32,000 nt of DNA, taken from assembly GCF_003945235.1 (NCBI RefSeq), contig NZ_RSDW01000001.1, forward strand, positions 510,001-542,000, read 5' to 3'. This stretch comes from Edaphobacter aggregans. GTDB lineage: Bacteria; Acidobacteriota; Terriglobia; Terriglobales; Acidobacteriaceae. The notes beneath the pieces were generated by a model. The model did not search any database. It was not told the origin of the DNA and worked only from the letters and a program-made list of their open reading frames with translations. The position numbers and the translations under genes are program-made. Each line of letters opens with the position of its first letter. Position 1 is the first letter of the stretch. Positions 15,945 through 24,242 of the stretch are shown piece after piece.

Positions 15945-18236
15945 CTATCTCTCCACCTGAGCTCTGTTAATCACAGAGATATTCGTGCGATTTTGCCTTA
16001 GCCGAACTGAGCAGAGCTGACCGATCAGGCTGCCCGCCCACCAATATATGTTGTGCTCCATGACCGACCTTCTCATTCGCCTCATTCGATCAGCCATTTC
16101 GCTCACATTCATTTCGAGTGCCTGCGCAATTGCCTCGGCGGTCGATTCAACGTCGTAGGGATTCACGATGATCGCATCGTGCAACTCTCTCGCCGCGCCA
16201 GTGAACCGGCTCAGGATCAGTACGCCGCGTTCATCCTGTCGCGCTGCTACGTACTCCTTCGCCACCAGATTCATCCCGTCATGCAGGGACGTGACCATGC
16301 ACAAATGGGCAGCTCGATAGTAGCGCTGCACCTCCTGATGTGTATGCTCGCGGTTCTGGAAAACGATCGGTTTCCACTTTCCCCGTTTGAACCGTGCGTT
16401 GATCCGCTCGACCTCGTTTTTGACCTCCACTTGAAAATCGACGTACCGTTTGATGCGGCTGCGAGTCGGTGCACCGATCTGAATGAAGGTGAATTTGCCC
16501 TGATATTTGGGATACCGTTCCAAAAGTGACTCAACCGCCCGAAAGCGTTCCAGTATGCCCTTGGTGTAGTCCACACGGTCGACGCCTACACCGAGGAATG
16601 TCGCTTCAATTCCTAATTCGAGGAGCAACGTGCTACGTTCTTCCTCTGCACTAATTTCGTTCCGTGCATCAAAACGGTCTTCAACCAATTCAACACTAAT
16701 CGGAAACGGGAGCACAGAGGATCGATGTTGATTGCGTTCTATAAAGAAGTGCTCCCAATCAACCTTGGCTTCGAGCACATGGTCAACCGTATGAAGGAAG
16801 TTATTACAGTGGGCTTGCGTATGAAAGCCAATCAGGTCCGCTCCCAATAAACCGTCGAGCAGTTCCCGTTGCCACGGACAGATGCTAAATGATTCGGCAT
16901 TGGGCCAGGGGATGTGCCAGAAGATAGCGACTCTCGCGTGGGGCAACCTTTCCTTTAGCATTCGGGGCAAGAGTGCAAAGTGGTAGTCCTGGATCAGCAC
17001 AGTCGGATGTTCCTCGCTACCTATCTCTTCCACGAGAGCGTCGGCGAACTTCTTATTGACCTTGTTGTAGTATTCCCAATCTGACGTGCGGAAAATCGGG
17101 CGCGTGTGAGCGATGTGGCAAAGTGGCCACAGACCTTCGTTCGCGAACCCGTTGTAGTAACCATCTTCTTCTTCCCTGCCGAGCCAGATGCGACGAAGCG
17201 TATAACGTGGGTCATCTGGTGGTACCTTCAGTCGGTCATGGATGTCTACCGTTTCTGCGTCCGCATTGCCGCTTCCATGAGCTACCCAGGTTCCGTGACA
17301 TGCACGAAGAATCGGCTCAAGTGCAGTGACCAACCCGCTGGCTGGCACAGTGACATTTACCCTCTTGTCTTGTCGTGTGTGCGTGTACGGTTCGCGGTTT
17401 GAAACCACGAAAAGGCTGCTGCCATTTAGCTTATTGCGTACGTGATCCGCGAGGCGCTGCGCAGTCCAAAGAGATTCGTTGATGTTCCTCAATCTGGCTT
17501 CCGCTTCTGCCGCGGCACGCGCTTGCCGCATACTCTCTGCCAACGGAGCTACCTCATTCGCGAAGGGCAAAAGAAAATTCAGATCTTGGGGTGTGGGCTG
17601 AACAGCGTGCCGTCCGGTGCGGAGCGCCTTTATCCATTGCGCCACATGCGCAATCGGTCCTGCAAGGCTCCAACGCAAAACAAGAAATGTGATAACTGCA
17701 ATCACCAACACTTGAATCGCGATGCGAAGGAAAATTCGGCTCCAGATCCGAAGAATCTCGGTCCTTATATAGGTCGCGTCGTGGATGACGACGATTTCTC
17801 CGACGACTTTATTGTCTGCTGTGCGTATAGGCGTGACTAGCATGTGGGTACGCTTCAGACGCACCCGGACAAATTCACTGACCGTGCGATTACCAACAAG
17901 GGCGTCCGTCATGAGTTTTGGCGCGCCCGCTAGCAGAGAACCGAGACCTGGAGTTGCAACCAACGGAGTATCATCGCGGCTGTAGATGCCAATTCCAAGG
18001 AGATGGTCGCGCTTGGTGAAGTGCTGAACCATCAATTCCAACCTGGCAGTGTCCCCCGCCAGTAAGGGCGACTCCGCACCTGCGGCTAAGCTCTGGCCGA
18101 GAGTTTCAGCTTTGCTCTCGAGCTCCTGACGTAGTGCATCTTTCGTAGTCCTTACCTCATACCAGGACGAAGCCAGCGAAACGAAAGTCACACCAATGAT
18201 CAACGCGAGGATCAATCGCAAACTCAGGATCTTCAT
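15945..18236 (-). CDS. otsA: Trehalose-6-phosphate synthase (GT20) with an N-terminal TM / sensor / TM / HAMP-like extension
   Basis: GT20 motifs are present: LFVVSNREPYTH, GLVTALEPIL, GFANEGLWPLCH, IQDYHFALLP, DGMNLVAKEY. The start is taken at ATG 18234..18236 (MKILSLRLILALIIGVTFVSLA). The 31 upstream codons of the track ORF are rejected. Confidence 0.9.
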   Translation of the reverse strand: MKILSLRLILALIIGVTFVSLASSWYEVRTTKDALRQELESKAETLGQSLAAGAESPLLAGDTARLELMVQHFTKRDHLLGIGIYSRDDTPLVATPGLGSLLAGAPKLMTDALVGNRTVSEFVRVRLKRTHMLVTPIRTADNKVVGEIVVIHDATYIRTEILRIWSRIFLRIAIQVLVIAVITFLVLRWSLAGPIAHVAQWIKALRTGRHAVQPTPQDLNFLLPFANEVAPLAESMRQARAAAEAEARLRNINESLWTAQRLADHVRNKLNGSSLFVVSNREPYTHTRQDKRVNVTVPASGLVTALEPILRACHGTWVAHGSGNADAETVDIHDRLKVPPDDPRYTLRRIWLGREEEDGYYNGFANEGLWPLCHIAHTRPIFRTSDWEYYNKVNKKFADALVEEIGSEEHPTVLIQDYHFALLPRMLKERLPHARVAIFWHIPWPNAESFSICPWQRELLDGLLGADLIGFHTQAHCNNFLHTVDHVLEAKVDWEHFFIERNQHRSSVLPFPISVELVEDRFDARNEISAEEERSTLLLELGIEATFLGVGVDRVDYTKGILERFRAVESLLERYPKYQGKFTFIQIGAPTRSRIKRYVDFQVEVKNEVERINARFKRGKWKPIVFQNREHTHQEVQRYYRAAHLCMVTSLHDGMNLVAKEYVAARQDERGVLILSRFTGAARELHDAIIVNPYDVESTAEAIAQALEMNVSEMADRMRRMRRSVMEHNIYWWAGSLIGQLCSVRLRQNRTNISVINRAQVER

Positions 18237-18572
18237 GAAGCGCGCCCAGTCTTTCCGCAGAAAATTCAAGAAACCAATTGAACAGAAGCCTCCTGATGTA
18301 AGGAGCTCGCAGTGAATCTCCCCTCGCATCCAGTCCCGCTGAATTTCCAGGGGCTTCAGCAGATCAACTCATCTGATTCATTATCGTTTGATGCGAAAAA
18401 GCCCGTAGGCGTGCTTCAGCCTGAGGGAAAATCCCCAATCTGAATGAGAGTCGGTCGTCATTTTCCTCAAATTCAGCATCAGCTTGATGACGAAAAACCA
18501 GTTCGCTATTGCATGAACTCGGTGGCGCTTCATTTTGTGAAGTTCGCTTGATGCGAGTGAGGGACAATAGGA

Positions 18573-19061
18573 ATGTCAAATCCAGCCCTTCAGGAAATAG
18601 TTTCGGAAATTAGGCATTTCGCGACGATAGCCAAAGACTTTGCTTCGCTCCAGGAGTTCAGCGTCGCCCTTATTGCCGAGCGTCTGCCAAATTACAACTG
18701 GGTAGGGTTCTACATGCTGGATCCCAGCGACGACGGTGTTCTTGTTCTCGGGCCATTTCGAGGCGCACCTACGGAACATATTCGCATTCCGGTAACGCAG
18801 GGCATCTGCGGAGCCGCAGTAGCGCAAGGAGAAACCGTGATCGTAGAGGATGTCTCCTCTGATCCGAGGTATCTCTCCTGTTCGATCGACACGAAGTCGG
18901 AAATCGTTGTTCCTATCCGTCTCAATGGGAAGATTGTGGGAGAGATTGACATCGACAGCCATACTCTTAATGCTTTCGGATCGGCCGACCGGACTTGTCT
19001 GGAAGAATGTGCGGCTGTGTTCGGTCAGTTCCTCGAACATAAGGAAAAGTCTGCGACTTAG
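18573..19061 (+). CDS. Stand-alone GAF-domain protein, free methionine-(R)-sulfoxide reductase-like (YebR/MsrC family)
   Basis: 162 aa, ATG at 18573. The pattern WVGFYML...GPFRGAPTEHIRIPVTQGICGAAV...VEDVSSDPRYLSCSIDTKSEIVVPI...GEIDIDSH matches the fRMsr-type GAF family, with Cys residues in the conserved positions. Confidence 0.8.
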   Translation: MSNPALQEIVSEIRHFATIAKDFASLQEFSVALIAERLPNYNWVGFYMLDPSDDGVLVLGPFRGAPTEHIRIPVTQGICGAAVAQGETVIVEDVSSDPRYLSCSIDTKSEIVVPIRLNGKIVGEIDIDSHTLNAFGSADRTCLEECAAVFGQFLEHKEKSAT

Positions 19062-19132
19062 GCAGAATTTGCGAAATAAAACTGGTAATGATTGCGACAG
19101 CCGGAGTTGAAAGCAACGCCAGTATCGGGCAT

Positions 19133-19276
19133 TTAGCCACTTGCCATGTACTGCGCGATGGTTAGCTCCTGTCCGCACGCGCCGCAAAGCACGGCAGGCT
19201 GGCCCCATTTCGCTTGGGGCCAAACCTCGATCGGATGATCCGAAAGGGCTACATGGTTATAACCAACAGGTCCCAT
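19133..19276 (-). CDS. Candidate small ORF (47 aa), unknown function
   Basis: Hand translation gives MGPVGYNHVALSDHPIEVWPQAKWGQPAVLCGACGQELTIAQYMASG*. The ATG at 19274..19276 is directly preceded by GAGGAAGGGG. It is below the ORF-track cutoff. I recognise no family and have no conservation evidence. Confidence 0.25.
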   Translation of the reverse strand: MGPVGYNHVALSDHPIEVWPQAKWGQPAVLCGACGQELTIAQYMASG

Positions 19277-19555
19277 CCCCTTCCTCTGCCATTGATTAAC
19301 GTAAGCGACTACATATCACTAGCTTTTAAGCAGGTGCTCTTGGTGCTCCGATCCGATCGATATGGCCTGAATTATGACCGACCGTAGTCAAAAATTGGGC
19401 GCAGTTTCCAACCGTGTTTCACCCTCCACCATCACACGCATGCGACAAATGATATCGTCCACCCTCCGGGAGACTGTCGGTATATATTTATCATCGATTT
19501 TGGATCGCCCGGGCCATTGATGCTGCCAATTTCGACTGTATCGCGGAGTTGTGGG

Positions 19556-20989
19556 TCAGCACACCTGCACTACATCAACATTCAGAAGGGCTCCGAGTTT
19601 TTCGAGTTTATGCGCGATATGCCCGACTCCAACGGCACAATGATGTGCCGGACCGTGCTCATTCCACCGCTGAATGAATTTGCGCGCTCCGATTGGAAAA
19701 CGATAGCGGCTATTCGTATTGCCGATCTCGAGAATCGGCCCAGCTTCGATACTGCATTCAGCGACAAGCAATTTAAAGCCGCGCCTCTTGTTCTCGACCA
19801 CAGACAACAAAGTAACCGGGCCCGCCTTGACACTCATTTCGACGGAAAGTCCTCGTCCCACTTTGCCGTGATAGACGTCTAACGGTCGAACCCTTGTCTT
19901 TCCATCCGCGATGCCTGGGTGACCGGGGCCATCATGCCCCATCAACACAATATCGTCTGTGTAATCGACCGCATAGTATTCCGTGAAGGATCCACCGGTT
20001 CCAAAGCTGTCCATGATCTTCATAGCAAGCGCGTTCTTGATCTCGTATTCTCCGGCGACGGGGATGCCGCGCCTGGTCAGCAAAGACGTGCCAAGAATTA
20101 TCGAGCTCATAGTGTCTTCATTCAATTCAGAGCCGGAGCCTTTGTAGTAGTACGCCAGGGCGCCAAGAGAATATTTCTTTATGAACTGCTCCAGCGCAAC
20201 AGAGGTTCGGGCAGCACGGTCCAGTTCGAAGAAGGAACAGTCCTCTTGTATATCGAAGGCGTCCCTTAAGACCTCCACTTCTTGCCGAACTTCCGTATCC
20301 GACACATTGAGGCGAATGCTGCTCAATTCATCTACTTCCAGTTGCTCGAAATGCGTCCCGAAGATATAGCTCACCGCCGTCAGGTCCGTTGCTATATCGA
20401 GCATGCCGCTGTAGTAGTGGCCCATCAGACCTAAGCGGAGATGGCTGAGTCCATGCATAACCTGCGCAGCGTCCATCCACTCATGAATCTCACGCCAGCA
20501 TTCGGGATCATCGTCCAGTCTTCCGTTCACCTGATGGAAAGGAATTTCGCAGCGCTCAAAGACGTTGGCGATCTCCGGCATAGTACAGGCCGAACAGTAT
20601 GCAAGCCATTCGCCAGTCATTGTGGTCCGATCCTGCAGATCGTTGAAGCGCGCGTAGTCCAGCGCGGCTGTTGGTTGTAGATTCAAGACGAGTACGGGAA
20701 CCTTCGCTTTGCGAACGATCGGCAGGACTATAGCAGAGAGGGCATAGGTCGTAACATAGATGACGAGAAAGTCGATATCCTGCACCCTCGTTTCATGTCC
20801 GACAATAGAAGCGCGTTCCGCGGAGTCGACAAGGCCGAAATTGATGACTTCGCGTGTGGGGTCATAGAGTCTCTCCGCCACAGTATCGAGGTATCCCTTC
20901 AGGCGCTCTTCGAGACCATCGAACTGTGTCCAGTACGCCGCCAACCCGATTCCAAGCAGACCTACTCGCAACTTCGGCAAATCGCTCAT
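19556..20989 (-). CDS. Sugar isomerase of the L-arabinose/L-fucose isomerase superfamily
   Basis: 477 aa, ATG at 20987..20989 with a GAGGA SD. The N-terminal pattern LRVGLLGIGLAAYW...FLVIYVTTYA and the core VAGEYEIKNALAMKIM...FTEYYAVDY...VLMGHDGPGH parallel AraA motifs (GAEGDWKTA..., ...GSHMLE). The substrate is not determinable from sequence. Confidence 0.8.
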   Translation of the reverse strand: MSDLPKLRVGLLGIGLAAYWTQFDGLEERLKGYLDTVAERLYDPTREVINFGLVDSAERASIVGHETRVQDIDFLVIYVTTYALSAIVLPIVRKAKVPVLVLNLQPTAALDYARFNDLQDRTTMTGEWLAYCSACTMPEIANVFERCEIPFHQVNGRLDDDPECWREIHEWMDAAQVMHGLSHLRLGLMGHYYSGMLDIATDLTAVSYIFGTHFEQLEVDELSSIRLNVSDTEVRQEVEVLRDAFDIQEDCSFFELDRAARTSVALEQFIKKYSLGALAYYYKGSGSELNEDTMSSIILGTSLLTRRGIPVAGEYEIKNALAMKIMDSFGTGGSFTEYYAVDYTDDIVLMGHDGPGHPGIADGKTRVRPLDVYHGKVGRGLSVEMSVKAGPVTLLSVVENKRRGFKLLVAECSIEAGPILEIGNTNSRYRFPIGARKFIQRWNEHGPAHHCAVGVGHIAHKLEKLGALLNVDVVQVC

Positions 20990-21003
20990 CCCTGGTCCTC
21001 TAA

Positions 21004-24000
21004 TTATTTAAGCGGCAACCGATATACCGGTTCCAGTACAACGGGACCCAGCATGCCTGATGGTAGAAGTGGAGAATCTTTTGTGTATTTGCGGATGTTG
21101 GTCCAGGTGAAGTGCTTGTCCGCGGGGGACTGAGCGTCGCCGATTAGCCGGTTCGGCCAGAGATTTGTGACATCGACTTCAACGGTGTTCTCGCCAGCCT
21201 TCAAAAAGCCATCGACGCGCACAGAAAAGGGCTTCTTCCAGAGAGTACCTGCGGGCTTGCCATTAATGCGGACAGCAGCGACTTCATGGACCTCGCCAAG
21301 ATTGAGCCAGATAGCGTGGCCGCCCGCGAGTTGGGATTGGGTCAGGTTCAACTTCGTTTGATACGTTGCAGTACCCGAGAAATAGCGAACCCCGGAGTTC
21401 GGAGATGTCGTCCAGGACTCGAGGTTCGCGAGTTGAACTTCCGAGGGTGCTCCCCAGTCAGGTGGAAATCGGAGTGTCCAGGGGCCATGAATGCTAATCG
21501 CATCAGCGTGGCTCGTGCTGATGTGCTTGGTGTCTCCGTTGCTGAACGTGATGTCGTAGTCGCCGGGCAGCGCTGTGTTGAGGATGGGAACATCGTCGTT
21601 GCTTTGTATGTTGAAGCCTTCGGGCAGCATTGCTTGATCAGGATGTGCAGCAACGTAGAGGAGTTTTCCATTGCGGACGATGCTGACAACAGAGTTCTTC
21701 GCTGCGGGATGTCGAAAGATGACGAAGATTGATCCGTAAGGTTCGAGCGAAAGTTGTATGGAGGTGCGATGGTCGGGAGTTGGGGTGAATAGGAGAGATT
21801 TCTGTACCTGGCCGGTAACGGCATCGAATATCTCAGGTTGTTTGCCGCTGACTCGCAGTGTCACAGACGTATACAAAGGCTGCGGCTGCGTATTCCGGAT
21901 GAAGTAGATGTCGGCGTCTGCGGAGCGGCGGTGGACGTAGTCAAGAGAAGAGTTCTGGCCTTCCTCGAAGTCCGGAAGGATACCGTTAGCCTGCATCGCT
22001 TCGCGGGCATTATCGATGCAGAAGAGTTCACCCTTGCCGATAGCGACGTGGTGCTCTGGCTTTTGTTCACAGTTGCCCCATAGGCCCTCGGCAATTGAGG
22101 CGAATTGTTTCCCTTCTGCATCCGAAACGATTCCTTGGCTACGAAGAGGACGCAGACCGATGAGGGTACCACCAGCCTGTACGTAGTGTTGGGCCAACTG
22201 CAAGGCGACTAGCGGGAGTATCCGCGAGCGAGGCAGAACAAGCGCGCGGTAGTGGATGTCTTCGGGCGTTTGAATGGCGCCGGACGCGATGACGAAGCGA
22301 TGCAGGAGGGCGTCAGTGCTGGTGACATCGTAGTCATAGCCGGGGAGGACTTTAGCGGGATCGTCGCGCTTGAGGCGGACGAAGTTGGGTACGTTGTCGC
22401 CATAGTAGTAGAGGACGTCGTTGACGGGTTCTCCCATCTGAAGAAGAAACTGAGCGCGGTTGAGGTAGAGAAAAAAGGCATCGGCATCGCGCCACCATGT
22501 GACGTTGGGATTGAGGTGAGTCCCGGCAAAGTACTCCTGCCCTGGGAGGCCGAGTTCAGGCGGAGAGGACGTGAACTCGTGCCAGACGAGACGGTTCATA
22601 CCTTCGGTAAGAGCCTGGTCATACGAAGGCTTGAGGTTCATTCCGAGTGATTCGTTCCAGTGATTGCCGATCGACGTCATACCTTCAGCAGCTGCGAGTG
22701 GCCGGCCGTAGATGTGTGCCGCGCTGGAGGCTTCCTTCGCGAAGAACCGATCCGTATCGGCCGAGCGATGCTCTGGCGACATGGCCCAGTATTCGGTCTG
22801 GGGAATACTGCTGGAACGAAAGGTCTCGAGTGCGTCGAAGGGGGCGCCGTGCGGGCCTCCGGACTCGCACTGAATGCCCAGGCCGAATTTCGCTGATAGC
22901 TGCGCGAGATGGTCGTAATGACCATTGACGAGATCGGCGACGGTGCGACGGAGATCAGCGAGGAAGCGGGTGCTGAGATCGCGGTCGCCAAGGATGCGCC
23001 CGGCCACGATGGGAAGATACGGCACAGGATCGTACCCTCGCCGCCGCTGAAACTCTTCACGGAAGTTTCCGGTCCAGTTGGTGCCGCCCAGTTCCCAGCT
23101 ATCGGTGGCCAGATATTTCAGACTCTTACCAACATAGGGACGGCCAGCCGTGAGCAGCGGAAGAACGGTCTTCTGCCAATAGAGATCGAGAGCCGTAGGA
23201 TCAAGATAGTCGATGGCCAGTCCTTGCCATGTACCACTGGAAGTTGAGACGCGAGCGTCGGAACTGGTGTAACCGATACGCAACACCTCCCAGCTTTGTG
23301 TGCTACCTGAGGGCGGATTCCAATGCAGTGATCCATCGGGGTCCACTTTGCTGCTAATGTCGAGCACCTCGTTTATATTGGCATCCTCATCATCCTTGCG
23401 CGGCGATGAATCTGTAAGGAGTGAGGTCAAGTCCGGCATGGAGAAATTGCCTTCAGCGGCGGCTGACTTGAGCGCCAGATTTGCTATGGGTTTGCGGGTG
23501 GTGCCCTCCCGGCCGGGTAATGGAGCCCCTTGATGGAGCGGATAGGCGAGGACAGCAATCTGGCGATAAAAATTATTCTTTACAGGTGGGACAGGGAGTT
23601 TGATTGTGACGCCGGCGCCTGGTTCGATGGTGGTATGTGACCAGGTGAGAAGCTTCGAACCTTGTTCGGGCTGGACCCAAGGAGCGCCTAGATTCCACCC
23701 ACTTGTGATGTTGAGAGTAACCTCGAGGCCGAGTTGGTCTGCGAGCCGCAAGGCGTGGAGATAGAGTTCCGTCCAAGCTGGACTACCGAACTCAGGGCCG
23801 GCGGGAACGCTGTCATTGCCATTCTGATTCGCACCATTGGCATCTACGAGCAGTACACCGCCATAGCCTTTGCGCTGCATCTCGGTCAGATCACGAGTAA
23901 TGGTCTCTTTGGTTGTGTGACCGTTAAGCCACCACCAGTAACAGCGCAGACGAGCTGTTACTGGTGGGGTCTGGAAGCCCTGGATGAGGAAGTCTCCCTT

Positions 24001-24126
24001 GGTAGATGATGACTCGGACTTCCCTTGCGCTTGCGCGACAACCGCAGCGAGGGCAGTGGAAAGAAAAACCGCGGCTGCGATTGCCGGGTACCTCTTCGCG
24101 ATGAGCAGGGTCCAAGTGACGCGCAT
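21004..24126 (-). CDS. Large secreted glycoside hydrolase, GH106-like (alpha-L-rhamnosidase family) with a C-terminal galactose-binding-like domain
   Basis: 1040 aa. The signal peptide is MRVTWTLLIAKRYPAIAAAVFLSTALAAVVAQA. The N-terminal RLRCYWWWLNGHTTKETITRDLTEMQRKGYGGVLLVD and the C-terminal VRINGKPAGTLW...GENTVEVDVTNLWPNRLIGD are patterns I associate with GH106-type enzymes. The family call is recollection-based and not verified. Confidence 0.8.
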   Translation of the reverse strand: MRVTWTLLIAKRYPAIAAAVFLSTALAAVVAQAQGKSESSSTKGDFLIQGFQTPPVTARLRCYWWWLNGHTTKETITRDLTEMQRKGYGGVLLVDANGANQNGNDSVPAGPEFGSPAWTELYLHALRLADQLGLEVTLNITSGWNLGAPWVQPEQGSKLLTWSHTTIEPGAGVTIKLPVPPVKNNFYRQIAVLAYPLHQGAPLPGREGTTRKPIANLALKSAAAEGNFSMPDLTSLLTDSSPRKDDEDANINEVLDISSKVDPDGSLHWNPPSGSTQSWEVLRIGYTSSDARVSTSSGTWQGLAIDYLDPTALDLYWQKTVLPLLTAGRPYVGKSLKYLATDSWELGGTNWTGNFREEFQRRRGYDPVPYLPIVAGRILGDRDLSTRFLADLRRTVADLVNGHYDHLAQLSAKFGLGIQCESGGPHGAPFDALETFRSSSIPQTEYWAMSPEHRSADTDRFFAKEASSAAHIYGRPLAAAEGMTSIGNHWNESLGMNLKPSYDQALTEGMNRLVWHEFTSSPPELGLPGQEYFAGTHLNPNVTWWRDADAFFLYLNRAQFLLQMGEPVNDVLYYYGDNVPNFVRLKRDDPAKVLPGYDYDVTSTDALLHRFVIASGAIQTPEDIHYRALVLPRSRILPLVALQLAQHYVQAGGTLIGLRPLRSQGIVSDAEGKQFASIAEGLWGNCEQKPEHHVAIGKGELFCIDNAREAMQANGILPDFEEGQNSSLDYVHRRSADADIYFIRNTQPQPLYTSVTLRVSGKQPEIFDAVTGQVQKSLLFTPTPDHRTSIQLSLEPYGSIFVIFRHPAAKNSVVSIVRNGKLLYVAAHPDQAMLPEGFNIQSNDDVPILNTALPGDYDITFSNGDTKHISTSHADAISIHGPWTLRFPPDWGAPSEVQLANLESWTTSPNSGVRYFSGTATYQTKLNLTQSQLAGGHAIWLNLGEVHEVAAVRINGKPAGTLWKKPFSVRVDGFLKAGENTVEVDVTNLWPNRLIGDAQSPADKHFTWTNIRKYTKDSPLLPSGMLGPVVLEPVYRLPLK

Positions 24127-24192
24127 TCTTTTCCTTTTTCAAACGATGTTAGCTTTGATTGTGCTGGTTCCATTTTGCGACTAGAAAGAAAG

Positions 24193-24227
24193 ACGCGCTG
24201 CGAAGCTTGAATTGCCTCTCAGCGCGT
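24193..24227 (-). terminator. Candidate hairpin (intra-operon terminator or attenuator) between the TonB receptor and the hydrolase gene
   Basis: An 8-bp perfect inverted repeat is present: ACGCGCTG at 24193..24200 and CAGCGCGT at 24220..24227, with a 19-nt loop. On the minus strand it is followed by CTTTCTTTCT. The loop is long and the T-run is interrupted, so this would be a weak terminator at best. Confidence 0.3.
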
Positions 24228-24242
24228 GTACTTTCAGGCGAG

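Noticed and set aside
18237-18329. An upstream extension of otsA (MRGEIHCELLTSGGFCSIGF...).
   Set aside because: The extension has no membrane-protein logic and no SD. The ATG at 18236 begins directly with the first TM helix.
18364-18579. A 71-aa minus-strand ORF in the otsA/GAF divergent intergenic region.
   Set aside because: It has no SD, no motif and atypical composition. It overlaps the GAF gene start and sits where divergent promoters are expected.
19420-19467. CACCCTCC repeated exactly 40 bp apart (19420..19427 and 19460..19467).
   Set aside because: A single 8-mer repeat within 40 bp in a roughly 500-bp region is close to chance expectation by rough estimate (about 0.2 expected). 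There are no further copies and no flanking symmetry.
19374-19520. A roughly 48-codon plus-strand ORF (MTDRSQKLGAVSNRVSPSTITRMRQM...) with a vaguely HTH-like stretch.
   Set aside because: It has no SD, is very short, and the HTH resemblance is weak. I cannot distinguish it from chance.
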